Origin: Candidatus Latescibacterota bacterium
GTDB taxonomy: Bacteria > Latescibacterota > UBA2968
Length of the DNA stretch: 64,000 nt
Direction of reading: 5' to 3'
Assembly (NCBI GenBank): GCA_965204375.1
Contig: OZ241986.1
Span: 3,872,001 to 3,936,000 of the forward strand
Translations under genes and position numbers: made by a program
The notes under the pieces: model-generated
Seen by the model: the letters and a program-made list of their open reading frames with translations, nothing else
Database searches by the model: none
Told to the model about the DNA's origin: nothing
Shown: positions 30,765 to 40,214 of the stretch, piece by piece
How positions within the stretch are numbered: position 1 is the first letter of the stretch
How the letters are laid out: each line of letters starts with the position of its first letter

Positions 30765-31901
30765 TCACATAGCCCCATTAGCTATGAGAAATTGCATTAC
30801 TTCTGTGTCGCCTCTTCTCATAGCCCATTGAAGTGGTGTATCGCCTCCAATATCTCTCGCATTGACATTTGCGCCATTGGCGGTTAGAAATTCGACCGCT
30901 TTCAGGCGGCCTTTGCTTACAGCCTCGTGTAGCGGCGTGCTGACCTCCTTTGCATTGACATCTGCGCCGTTGGCAAGCAATATCTGCAAAGCCCTTGTAT
31001 AGCCCAAATAAGCAGCCCTGTGAAGTGGGGTTTCTCCGTCCGCATCTGTTGCATTGACATCTGCGCCATTCGCAAGCAGAAATCTGACCACTTCTATGTG
31101 GTCCCAATATATCGCTTTGTGCAGCGGGGTTTCCCCGTCTGCATCTGCTGCATTGACATCTGCCCCTTTGGCAAATAACATTTTGACAACTTTACCTTTG
31201 CCCCAATAGGCAGCCCTGTGAAGCGGCGTATTGCCTTTATTATCCTTCGCATTCACATCCGCGCCATTGGCAAGCAACACCTTGAAGACTTCCGGATTGC
31301 CCCAATAGGCTGCTCCGTGCAGCGGTGTATTGCCTTCATTATCCCGCGCATTCACATCCGCTTTTTTCACAAGCAAAAACGTGATCGTTTCCGGATTGCC
31401 CCAATAGGCAGCCTCGTGCAGCGGTGTATTGCCGACATAATTTTTTCCATTGACACCTGCGCCATTATCAAACAAAAACTTGACTGTTTGCATATCTCCT
31501 TTTTTTGCAGCGATGTGCAACGGCGTGTTGCCAACAGAATTTCTCCCATTGACATCTGCCCCATGCACAAGCAAAATCCCGGCCGTTTCTGTATCTCCTT
31601 TCCCGACAGCCTCGTGCAGTGGCGTATCGCCTTTATCATCCCGTGCATGAATATACGCCTTCGCGGCAAGCAGACACCCAACCGTTTCCAAATCGCGTCT
31701 ATCAACAGCCTCGTGCAGTGGCGTTCTGTCGAACTTATCCTTCGTATTGACCTCCTCGCCATTTGCAAGCAACTCCTTGAACCTTTTTGTATCTCCTTTC
31801 CTGACAGCCTCGTGCAGTGGCGTTCTGCCGAATTTATCTGTGTTGTAGCGTTTGTTTCTTCGCGTTGGTACAAAATTAGAAAGCGTCTTCTTCATAGACA
31901 T
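30765..31901 (-). CDS. Ankyrin repeat protein (about 11 repeats)
   Basis: GxTPLHxA...LLAxGADVNA repeats; AAGGAG RBS before MSMKK. Confidence 0.95.
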   Translation of the reverse strand: MSMKKTLSNFVPTRRNKRYNTDKFGRTPLHEAVRKGDTKRFKELLANGEEVNTKDKFDRTPLHEAVDRRDLETVGCLLAAKAYIHARDDKGDTPLHEAVGKGDTETAGILLVHGADVNGRNSVGNTPLHIAAKKGDMQTVKFLFDNGAGVNGKNYVGNTPLHEAAYWGNPETITFLLVKKADVNARDNEGNTPLHGAAYWGNPEVFKVLLANGADVNAKDNKGNTPLHRAAYWGKGKVVKMLFAKGADVNAADADGETPLHKAIYWDHIEVVRFLLANGADVNATDADGETPLHRAAYLGYTRALQILLANGADVNAKEVSTPLHEAVSKGRLKAVEFLTANGANVNARDIGGDTPLQWAMRRGDTEVMQFLIANGAM

Positions 31902-32164
31902 TTGCTCCTTTGATACAATTTGATCGTGCAGGCACACCACAACGCAATCATTCAGTGAATCGTTCTGGACAAACCCCTGCATATTCAATTGTCAAAGAAC
32001 AAACACATAGGCACACTACGCCCCACCATCATCCAGTGGATGCCTGTGCATTGTCTTGAAGACGCTTTCTATTTTATCTTTTTCATCCTGACCATATCCT
32101 CATATACCCGAAACTGTTCGGAATTTCCCCTTGCTTTTCTCGTTGTGAAACTATACATTATGAA

Positions 32165-32254
32165 ACAGAGCGGGTTGCGGTTTGCAGCACCGTTCCCATC
32201 TCTGTATGTTGCGGCAGAAGGCCACAGGCTGCCAAACAGAGCGGCCTTCTGCCC
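32165..32254 (+). ncRNA. Putative small RNA, family A copy 1
   Basis: TTGCTT-N17-TACATT promoter at 32131-32159; two predicted hairpins; homologous to 38673-38760 and 39550-39637. Confidence 0.45.
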
Positions 32255-32342
32255 AGCCCGCAGGCGCATCCCATGCCTGCGTTTTTTGTACCACATTCGT
32301 TTCCATATAGCGTTCTTCTCTATTTACAGCTTGAGATCAGAC

Positions 32343-32617
32343 AAAAAACCGCGTGCCCTGTGACACGCGGTTAATTTTTGCAAAAAACAAAATGACCGGG
32401 TGCCATCATCTGTGACATCCGGTTAATTTATAAAGCCGGCCAAATGCCACAGGCTGTCTAACTCTCTCTATAGCCCAGATTGAGCTCGGCCCTTTCGGAT
32501 ACCGAAACCATAACATTTAACCGGCTGGAACACAAAATATATCCCAGCCTCCACCAGTTCGGACTATAAAATTAAGTTAGACGCGCTTATAATACAAGAT
32601 TAGGCAACCCGTTGCAA
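32343..32617 (-). promoter_or_regulatory. Promoter + structured leader + terminators (riboswitch-like), family B copy 1
   Basis: TTGCAA-N17-TATTAT; core 32435-32525 with GAAA tetraloop stem; hairpin+T tracts at 32382-32423 and 32343-32372. Confidence 0.55.
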
Positions 32618-32660
32618 GAAAAAAATTGTTCAATCAATACAATTTGACATTTAGAAGCTG

Positions 32661-34238
32661 TCACATGCCCCATACGTCAATCTCTACCCCGCTGGTAGAT
32701 GTCCGGCGAAAGTGGAAGATCTTGTCCTCCCAACGCTTACCTTCACGGCGGTCAAAAATCACCAGATGCCCCGCCTCTGCATCGCAGCGATCCATGTACT
32801 CCGCCGTCTGTTCTAAACCCTCGGCAATGGTCTGCTCCAGGCTCTTGTGGAGTAATTTACATTCAATCACGATTTTGCGCGTCTGATCACCCTGCGGCCA
32901 AACGATCAGCAGATCGGTGCGCCCACGCCCCAAACCATACTCCCGTTCAATGCGCCCGCCACTGTTCACAATGCGCTGCAAAAACGCCTGCAACAGCAAC
33001 TGCGGACCCGCCTCCTGATATTGGAACCGCGTCACCCAGTGCTCTGAGTGCTCGCGGAAAAAGGTCTGAAACTCGGCCATCAGCTTAATCACATCCAGGC
33101 TACCATCAGCAGTGACGTACCAGGCCGTATCCTCATTGAGTCCCACCTGGGCTGCGTAGGTCAATTCGCGGGGGACGATTTCCGCGTAGATCGGATTGGC
33201 AATGCGAAGTGGGTCGTTTGGGGCGATCAAACCCAGGTCGCGGACATACTCGAGATCGCGAGTGGAAAAGTCGCTGTTCTCTCCACCACTCAAGAGCGGT
33301 TCAATCACGCGCTGTACGCGTTCTTCCTGCAACTTATCGGCCAACTGATCCAGATGCGTCTCTCTACGCAGAATGAGTTGCTCTTGCGCTTCGAGAATAT
33401 CGTCTGCGGTAATCGGCCGATGCCGGTCTGCTGTGTCCCCGTCGTGGAAACATGTCTCATCTGCCAGCGCGTTCACCAGATAGGGTTGCCCTTGCGTCTG
33501 CGTCCAGATCGTCTCCAGCGCGGCGGCGGTAAACACCTGTCCCGTCTCCTCTGTATGCTGATTGAGCAGGGCAATCACCTCGTCCCGCGAGAAATCGCCC
33601 AGACGCAGAGATCGCGCTCTGATATTGAACGCACTTCCACCGGCAATAAGCGCGTTCTCTGCGGTTGATTGGATGCGATAATCGCGCACATCTCGCACCC
33701 CACACAGCACCACACTCTGCGGAAAGCCTGTCGGACGGCGGACATAGCCAGCCCGCAACTGCCGCAGCACGGACAGCAGCGAGTCGCCAATGAGCGCGTC
33801 AATCTCGTCAATGAGCAGCACCAATGGCTTTGGGGCCGACTCGGTCCAGCGCGTCAACGCTTCACGCAGGGCACCGTGGGGTCCGTACTTTGTCAGGATA
33901 TCGGGCCAAATATCGTCCAGAAATTCGTCGCCCAGTGTCGAACGCGCCCAGGAGGCCAATTCGCCCAGAATGGTGCGCATCACCTGTTCCACGTCTTCGC
34001 GTGCGGCCTGCCCACCTTCGATATTAACGTACACACAACGGTAGGTGTCTTCGGCATTGAGCAAGTCGCGCAGAGCCAACAATGCCGAAGTCTTGCCCGT
34101 CTGCCGGGGCGCGTGCAAGACAAAGTAGCGTTTGTCGCGTATAAACCGGCGCACATCGGCGAGGTTCAGCCGTTCCAGAGGCGGGATGCAGTAATGGTCT
34201 GCTGCCACCACCGGACCGGTCGTATTGAAGAAGCGCAT
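32661..34238 (-). CDS. P-loop ATPase (AAA_35-like) fused to C-terminal PD-(D/E)XK nuclease domain
   Basis: MRFFNTTGP, APRQTGKT, LLIDEID; REYGLGRGRTDL...IECK...GLEQ..Y. Confidence 0.85.
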   Translation of the reverse strand: MRFFNTTGPVVAADHYCIPPLERLNLADVRRFIRDKRYFVLHAPRQTGKTSALLALRDLLNAEDTYRCVYVNIEGGQAAREDVEQVMRTILGELASWARSTLGDEFLDDIWPDILTKYGPHGALREALTRWTESAPKPLVLLIDEIDALIGDSLLSVLRQLRAGYVRRPTGFPQSVVLCGVRDVRDYRIQSTAENALIAGGSAFNIRARSLRLGDFSRDEVIALLNQHTEETGQVFTAAALETIWTQTQGQPYLVNALADETCFHDGDTADRHRPITADDILEAQEQLILRRETHLDQLADKLQEERVQRVIEPLLSGGENSDFSTRDLEYVRDLGLIAPNDPLRIANPIYAEIVPRELTYAAQVGLNEDTAWYVTADGSLDVIKLMAEFQTFFREHSEHWVTRFQYQEAGPQLLLQAFLQRIVNSGGRIEREYGLGRGRTDLLIVWPQGDQTRKIVIECKLLHKSLEQTIAEGLEQTAEYMDRCDAEAGHLVIFDRREGKRWEDKIFHFRRTSTSGVEIDVWGM

Positions 34239-34277
34239 GGGATCACATCCTCTCTATTCGTCAGGCGTGACTTTAAG

Positions 34278-34430
34278 ATAGTAGCCTATTTCTATGGGCC
34301 TGTCAACACTGGCAACACATATCGCTACATCCATTGCCCTGTTGAATCTGTTGTCCAAACAATAGCTCTACTTTAGGTGCAACATCACAAAAAGAAAACG
34401 CCTCAGCATCGTTGTGCCGGGGCGTTTTTG
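34278..34430 (-). promoter_or_regulatory. Repeated terminator+promoter module, family C copy 1
   Basis: Hairpin then TTGACA-N17-TACTAT on minus strand; near-identical at 41832-41985 and 43440-43592. Confidence 0.8.
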
Positions 34431-34485
34431 TGTGTCTGGTAAACCAATTTCCAAATAGTGTCTGCTTCAAATCGGACAGCGCAAG

Positions 34486-34716
34486 TTATGATGATACCTC
34501 GCCGTAACTGTTGACAAAGATCAGAAAGTCGCTAACCCCAATGATGCCATTGCCATCCAGATCAAAGTCTGTGCTTGTTGTTGGCGTCCCACCGCCGCCA
34601 GAGGGTGGCACTTGTTGACCATAGCGGCTGGCAAACATTAAAAAATCAGAAAAATTGATCACGCCATTGGCATCCAGATCATACTGTGCCTGGTATCTTC
34701 CATCCCCTGACATCAT
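34486..34716 (-). pseudogene. Dockerin-like/EF-hand domain gene fragment
   Basis: YDLDANGVINFSDF and FDLDGNGIIGVSDF half-motifs, no signal peptide. Confidence 0.55.
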
Positions 34717-34731
34717 CTTTCACTCAATCTT

Positions 34732-37203
34732 TTAACGCAACAGAAGAGGTCGATAAACCTTTTTGCCATCTGAGATTAAATTTCCTCCGGGACTCCACGC
34801 CAAATCGGTGACTGTACCACCTGTTCGAATCTGTTTTTCTCGTAGCCAACCATCTGTTCGCCAGAAGGTTATGATACCCTCTGCATCTCCAGCAGCGATA
34901 TACCGCCCATCTGGTCTAAAGGCAATAGCAAGGACATTGCCTGCACTCAGCCGTCGAACCCTCGTACCACTGCTCACATCCCAAATAATCACACTGGTAT
35001 TACTTCCGTCGTATCCATCGGTAGCGAGATACCTGCCATTTGGACTGAATGCGACAGCAAGGACATTGCCCCCAGGTACCATATACTGACTATTCACATC
35101 GTCTGTCCACCAACTTCTCACTTCCCAGAGGATCGCATTGCCATCATCATCACCTGTTGCGAGATATCGCCCATCAGGACTAAACGCGACATCATAGACC
35201 TCAGAGGCGTCTCGGTCTCCCCACCCCCTCCTTCTGCTGCCACTATTCAGGTCCCAGATCCACGCCCAGCGAAGATTCACGCCTATTGCGATATAATTCC
35301 CATTGGTGGGGCTAAACGCGACTGAGTTAACCCAGTCTGCATCACTACGCGACGCACCACCAACCCCCGTGCGTTGAATCTCTGTACCACTGATCACGTC
35401 TAACAGGACCACATGAGGTTCACTACTGCCGAATCCATCGGCTGCGAGATACCGCCCATCCGGACTGAACGCAACTGATTGGACTTTACCTCCAAGACTC
35501 TTCCACCAGAGATTCGTGCCACTGCTCACCTCCCAAAGACCCATATCGCCTTCGTCATCGCCTGTTGCGATATATCTTCCATTGGGACTAAAAGCAACTG
35601 AAAGACTGCGACTATAAAGAGAATAGACCTCCTGGCTACCAAGTGCAAGAGTCCCCGTCTTTAAGGGATACTCAAAGAAGTTGAAATCCCAAGATACGGC
35701 GGCAAAATTTTCACCCAACCCAATTTTGTCGAAAATTGCAGCTTGTACACCAGCGTACCCATCTACACCCGCATGTAACGACCAATTAATCCGGCTCTGT
35801 GCTCGATTCGTCACCGCAGTAAAATCCAGGTAAGGTTTCACACCAAAATAAGGTCCGGCTACAGCATACAAATTAAAATCTACTTGACCACGTATATAGC
35901 CGCGAATGGTCGCGGCACCTTGTAGTTCTACAGTAGAATCCAGCACTTTATAGGTCGCTTCGGAACCACCCGTCAAATTCTGCCACGAGCCATCTTTGTA
36001 TATCGTCCCAACCTCAACAGGCTTTGTCATTGTTATACCCGAAATGATCCGCCCGTCAAATTCAGCACTGAAATCCGCCCCCACGCCAAATTCCATCCTT
36101 ACCTCAACCACAACGGGAATTCCACCCACTGCAAAGAAGGTGTAATTGGTCACTTGCGCCACGGGTTGGTCTGCATTCAGAGTAAAAGCGCGAAATGCCT
36201 CCAGAGACATTTCTAATGTGACAACGAGATCGCCGTTTACTCCCACCTTTAGAGAATCTAACTTAGAACCTTCAATATTCATCTTAAACTCATACTCCGG
36301 CGAGAACGAAATATCGCAATTGGTCACACGTAGCCTTGCAGAAGCATCGTCATACAAAGTAATCGGGTCCTGTATTGTTGAATTTGCCAACGCGGGCTTT
36401 GTCGCTGGAAAACGAAAGGTCCGACTTATCGAAGCATCTTCAATCACCTCCGTCAAGGCGGCATCTCTGGTCATCACAACGACTTCACCGGCATCTTGTC
36501 GGCTCACGCTAACTACTTTCTTTAAAAAATAAGGCTCCACCGTATTGACCATGACATCACCGACTTTCACACGCGGTGCTGTTCCTTGTACCGAAAAGGT
36601 TATCTGATCGCCCGCTGTGGTCTGATACATCAAAGGCCCGTCCGGAACGCCCACCAGGACCGCAGCATCAGAGATAGAGACCACTTCCACTTTTACCGTA
36701 TCGGGCCTGCTGGCATTCTGCCTGTCATGCACCACCAGTTGAAACAGGTAAGTGCCCGGCCTTTGTGCGCGGAAGGCCGGTTGGGCAACGGTCATCTGGG
36801 AAAGAGCGACGGATTCACCTCCAACTTGACGCCATTCGTAGGTCAATGTTTCGCCTTCTGGGTCGCTACTATTGGTCCCGTCCAATGTCACCGTTTCACG
36901 TTTATCGACGCTTTGGTCTTCGCCTGCCTGAGCTATGGGCAATTGATTTTGTCGTGCTGTTTGCCCAAAGAAATCGACAAAGATGAGGAAGTCAGAAATC
37001 CCCACCACGCCATTGTTATCCAGATCGTACTTTGCATCATACGTCCCATCGCCGTGGCTTGACCCGAAATGATCGACAAATAGCAAAAAATCGGGAATAC
37101 CAACTATCCCATTGCCGTCAAAGTCAGCATCCGCTGCAGTTTGAGCAACCACAGGGCACACCAAACCCACCAGCATCACCGCAACAACAAATAACCGATA
37201 CAA
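34732..37203 (-). CDS. Secreted multidomain protein: dockerin-like EF-hand, PKD/K319L-like Ig, beta-rich domain, WD40 propeller
   Basis: GGAGG RBS and TTG start at 37203; DFDGNGIVGIPDF, AQAGEDQ..LDGTNSSDPEG, VAFSPDGRYLA repeats. Confidence 0.85.
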   Translation of the reverse strand: MYRLFVVAVMLVGLVCPVVAQTAADADFDGNGIVGIPDFLLFVDHFGSSHGDGTYDAKYDLDNNGVVGISDFLIFVDFFGQTARQNQLPIAQAGEDQSVDKRETVTLDGTNSSDPEGETLTYEWRQVGGESVALSQMTVAQPAFRAQRPGTYLFQLVVHDRQNASRPDTVKVEVVSISDAAVLVGVPDGPLMYQTTAGDQITFSVQGTAPRVKVGDVMVNTVEPYFLKKVVSVSRQDAGEVVVMTRDAALTEVIEDASISRTFRFPATKPALANSTIQDPITLYDDASARLRVTNCDISFSPEYEFKMNIEGSKLDSLKVGVNGDLVVTLEMSLEAFRAFTLNADQPVAQVTNYTFFAVGGIPVVVEVRMEFGVGADFSAEFDGRIISGITMTKPVEVGTIYKDGSWQNLTGGSEATYKVLDSTVELQGAATIRGYIRGQVDFNLYAVAGPYFGVKPYLDFTAVTNRAQSRINWSLHAGVDGYAGVQAAIFDKIGLGENFAAVSWDFNFFEYPLKTGTLALGSQEVYSLYSRSLSVAFSPNGRYIATGDDEGDMGLWEVSSGTNLWWKSLGGKVQSVAFSPDGRYLAADGFGSSEPHVVLLDVISGTEIQRTGVGGASRSDADWVNSVAFSPTNGNYIAIGVNLRWAWIWDLNSGSRRRGWGDRDASEVYDVAFSPDGRYLATGDDDGNAILWEVRSWWTDDVNSQYMVPGGNVLAVAFSPNGRYLATDGYDGSNTSVIIWDVSSGTRVRRLSAGNVLAIAFRPDGRYIAAGDAEGIITFWRTDGWLREKQIRTGGTVTDLAWSPGGNLISDGKKVYRPLLLR

Positions 37204-37308
37204 AATAATTTCCTCCCAAATTGGAAAACGCCCTGACCTTACCCGTCGCTGGGTATTTCCTGGCAATACCAAAACAACGCCTATAAACGCCCACACAGAA
37301 AATATCGG

Positions 37309-37494
37309 TCAACGTCCCGGCATAAGGTGTTGTGGCACAGCGTCATTATCCTGGTCTGAAGCAAGCGTTGAACCATCAGGAGAAAACGCAACAGAGACAA
37401 GATCAGACCTATGCCCTTGAAGGGAAGCGATAGAATCATTTCCATAACAGGAGGCAGTTGAAAATGGATGCGCCAAGTTTAGCAAAAACGCCAA
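37309..37494 (-). pseudogene. WD40 gene fragment
   Basis: Single LQGHRSDLVSVAFSPDGSTLAS repeat. Confidence 0.5.
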
Positions 37495-37589
37495 AATAAA
37501 AATAATTTTGAGTCCGAAACGCAGGCAAATTTCCTCGAGAGTATGCCCCGGCCTGGTTGTGCCGGGGCGTTTTTTTTAGTAAATTCATC

Positions 37590-37690
37590 AGGACTTACGC
37601 AACACCTCTACATCTTGTGATTTATTTGAAATAAGATATACAAGATGTTGTGGCAAAATGGCGTAATTTTCGGTAAACTGCGTAAGTCCT
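37590..37690. mobile_element. MITE-like element, 101 bp
   Basis: 12-bp terminal inverted repeats AGGACTTACGCA/TGCGTAAGTCCT flanked by 7-bp direct repeat ATTCATC. Confidence 0.8.
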
Positions 37691-37720
37691 ATTCATCCTA
37701 TTTGCGGCGTGGTGAAAAGA

Positions 37721-38149
37721 CTAACCTGTTAGAGTCTTTCCAAAGTTTTCAACGAAGACGAGAAAGTCAGCAAAGTCTACATCACCATCATTGTCGAGAT
37801 CACCAACCAGGCCACTATTGCTGTTTTCTTCTGTGTCCCCTATTGTTGTGGGTTCAGCTTTCCGCATTAGGATTATATACAGAGTTCCTTTGATGTAACC
37901 CGAACGCGCACTGGCACCCACGCCCACAACTTGCCAGCCGTATAACCCCAATTGATTGAGCTTTTGCTGCTCACGTTCTTCATTAATACTTGTACCAATC
38001 TCTAATATTTTGTACTCATAAACTGGGCGTGTTGTTTGTTGCGATTGTGCCTTGCTCGAATTGGAGATCAAAAACACGACCAAGAGCCCAATAATCACGA
38101 TACCAAAAATTTTAAAACACGAACACTTGCCCTTGATGCTGGCATGCAT
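37721..38149 (-). CDS. Small exported protein, DUF4177-like domain + dockerin-like motif
   Basis: GGAGG RBS; signal/TM; YEYKIL...LNQLGLYGWQVV; GDLDNDGDVDFADF. Confidence 0.7.
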   Translation of the reverse strand: MHASIKGKCSCFKIFGIVIIGLLVVFLISNSSKAQSQQTTRPVYEYKILEIGTSINEEREQQKLNQLGLYGWQVVGVGASARSGYIKGTLYIILMRKAEPTTIGDTEENSNSGLVGDLDNDGDVDFADFLVFVENFGKTLTG

Positions 38150-38672
38150 GCTACACCTCCCTTTCAATGGTTTGGTTTGGTATTTCCCGCCTCTGAAAAA
38201 GGCGAGGCATCGTCAAATTGGGGGTTGATAACCATCTTGCCGTCAAGCGTTATATACCCCTGACCCTGTGGGTTGGTCACCACCACAAGAAAACATCATC
38301 AAGCTCAACAACAAAATTCGAAACTTCATAGTCGTTCCTCCTAAAAGATTTATCCTGACAGATTTATAATCAATACTTCGGACAAAATTAAGCGGCGATA
38401 TTGCCATAATTGAGAAGACATCCAATTTCAAAATTACTGCATAATTCATCAAACATCTTAACAACGACAGGTGTTTTACCGAATACTCCTCCCCTCAAAA
38501 GCAAATTCTCAATCTTGGATTTGCGAGTACATATCAGATACCTGCTCCGTGTCCAGACCAATAGCGGACAGGCGTGATAAGTTTTAAGCCATCTTTACTC
38601 TCCTTTCTTGTTACATCCATCAAACGGGAAAATGCAACTTGATTTTGTGGTTGTGGAACGTTGCATTTCGAC

Positions 38673-38760
38673 ACAGAGCGGGTTGCGGTTTGCAAGACCG
38701 TTTCCCTCTCTGTATGTTGGCGGCAGAAGGCCACAGGCGCCAACCCGAGCGGCCTTCTTG
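38673..38760 (+). ncRNA. Putative small RNA, family A copy 2
   Basis: Homologous to copies 1 and 3; upstream TTGATT-N17-TGCATT (degenerate -10). Confidence 0.4.
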
Positions 38761-38802
38761 CAGAATTTCCTCACATTGATCGGGCAAATCGCCCTGTGGT
38801 CA

Positions 38803-39479
38803 TCAAAACTGTACCCAAAACTGTACCGTAACTCCTCTGCCCTGAAGAGCTGGGATATGCGTATTGATTGATGCGGCACTTAGAGGATTATTCCTCACAT
38901 CAACCTCGTCTCCACTGCCCAATCCCGTATTTGCCACCAATGGTGAAAGATCAGAGATCCTATTGCCGGAAAGCCTCAGGCTTGTCAAATTTGTCAAACC
39001 TGACAGCGCAGATATGTCCGAGATGGTATTGCTCTGATAGAAAACTCTCGACCCGTTACATCCACTGCGGTAGTAAACTCTGCCCGTGCTAAAAAACCAG
39101 AAGATGGCAAGGTGACAAGCGTAGCAGGACCGAGGAAGTCTGTACCAATCGTTTCTCTTGGCAACGCAAACGGAAACGCACTGTTTTCCGCTCTGACATA
39201 AGTCAAAACAGACGTATCAAAGTCAAATTCAATTGCTACACCAACCAGTGGCGTAGTCGCACCTTTTGCAAAAACTTCAACCGCAATTTTTGTACCTTGT
39301 CCAGACACTGTGGCTGAAGTGACGCCATCATCTATCTGATTGCCTGGCCCCCCATCGGCAATCAGATCAAGTGACAGAACAGCATTGGCATTGGAGCCAG
39401 CAGAGGCCTGATCCACAAAGACCAGCAATGCAAGGGATATGACCAAAGCGAATACCTGACAAACTTTTCTCATTTTCAT
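38803..39479 (-). pseudogene. Internally deleted secreted protein: cohesin-like N-terminus joined out of frame to an internalin-like LRR end
   Basis: ORF 38994-39479 (signal peptide, SLDL..FDFD) abuts ORF 38803-38997 (LSGNRISDLSPL..NNPLS). Confidence 0.6.
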
Positions 39480-39549
39480 CCTCCTCATTGCATCCATCAA
39501 TCAAAAAAATGCAACTTGATTTTGTGATTGTGGAACGTTACATTGTGAA

Positions 39550-39637
39550 CGGATCGGGTTGCGGTTTGCAAGACCGTTTCCCTCTCTGTATGTTGGCGGC
39601 AGAAGGCCACAGGTGCCAACCCGAGCGGCCTTCTGCC
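39550..39637 (+). ncRNA. Putative small RNA, family A copy 3
   Basis: TTGATT-N17-TACATT at 39516-39544; GGCAGAAGGCC/GGCCTTCTGCC hairpin. Confidence 0.45.
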
Positions 39638-39754
39638 CTGCCTGCGATTTTTTTACACTACCCCTCCCTTCTTTCAGAATTTCCCAACAGTGTTCGGTCA
39701 AATCGCCCTGCTCTACTTATGACCCTTTCTCAATTTGTTGCCCTGGGATTAAGC

Positions 39755-39988
39755 AAAAAAATACCGGGTGCCATTACCACCTATGACACCCGGTTAATAT
39801 TATGCCGGTCAAATGCCACAGGCTGTGTGACTCACTCTATAGCCCAGATTGAGCTCGGCCCTTTCGGAGACCGAAACCATAGCATTTAACCGGCTGGAGA
39901 TTGCACATATTGTACCCGGCTCCCTCCAGCCGGCACTATAGAATGATTCACACGCCCTTATAGTACAACATCAAAAATTCCTTCGCAA
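39755..39988 (-). promoter_or_regulatory. Promoter + structured leader + terminator (riboswitch-like), family B copy 2
   Basis: TTGCGA-N17-TACTAT; conserved core 39804-39894; hairpin+T tract 39755-39794. Confidence 0.55.
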
Positions 39989-40214
39989 CAAAAAAATCGC
40001 TCATAAGACGACCTGCAGGTGCTGTCTGGTATAGCGCGTGTCGGCCAGGGGAGCATGTCGCTCGCCTGATTGCACCGCCAAATAGGACACATTCACAAGC
40101 ATCTGGTTTCAAAAAAAAGTAACTATTCAGGACATTGTTGGAAACCCGTGTTGCTAACCACCTGTGTGGCAATAAAAGGCAAATGAATAAAAACAATTTG
40201 ACATTTAGAAATTA

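Larger units (their letters stand above)
32639..34563. repeat. Direct duplication, about 1.9 kb, copy 1 (copy 2 at 40193-42118)
   Basis: Near-identical sequence from ACAATTTGACATTTAGAA to GCCATCCAGATC. Confidence 0.95.

Noticed and set aside
32435-32525. Family B core as c-di-GMP-I (GEMM) riboswitch or hammerhead ribozyme
   Set aside because: Has a GAAA loop but lacks the GGCAAA/GCAAA junction motifs and the CUGANGA core; left unassigned
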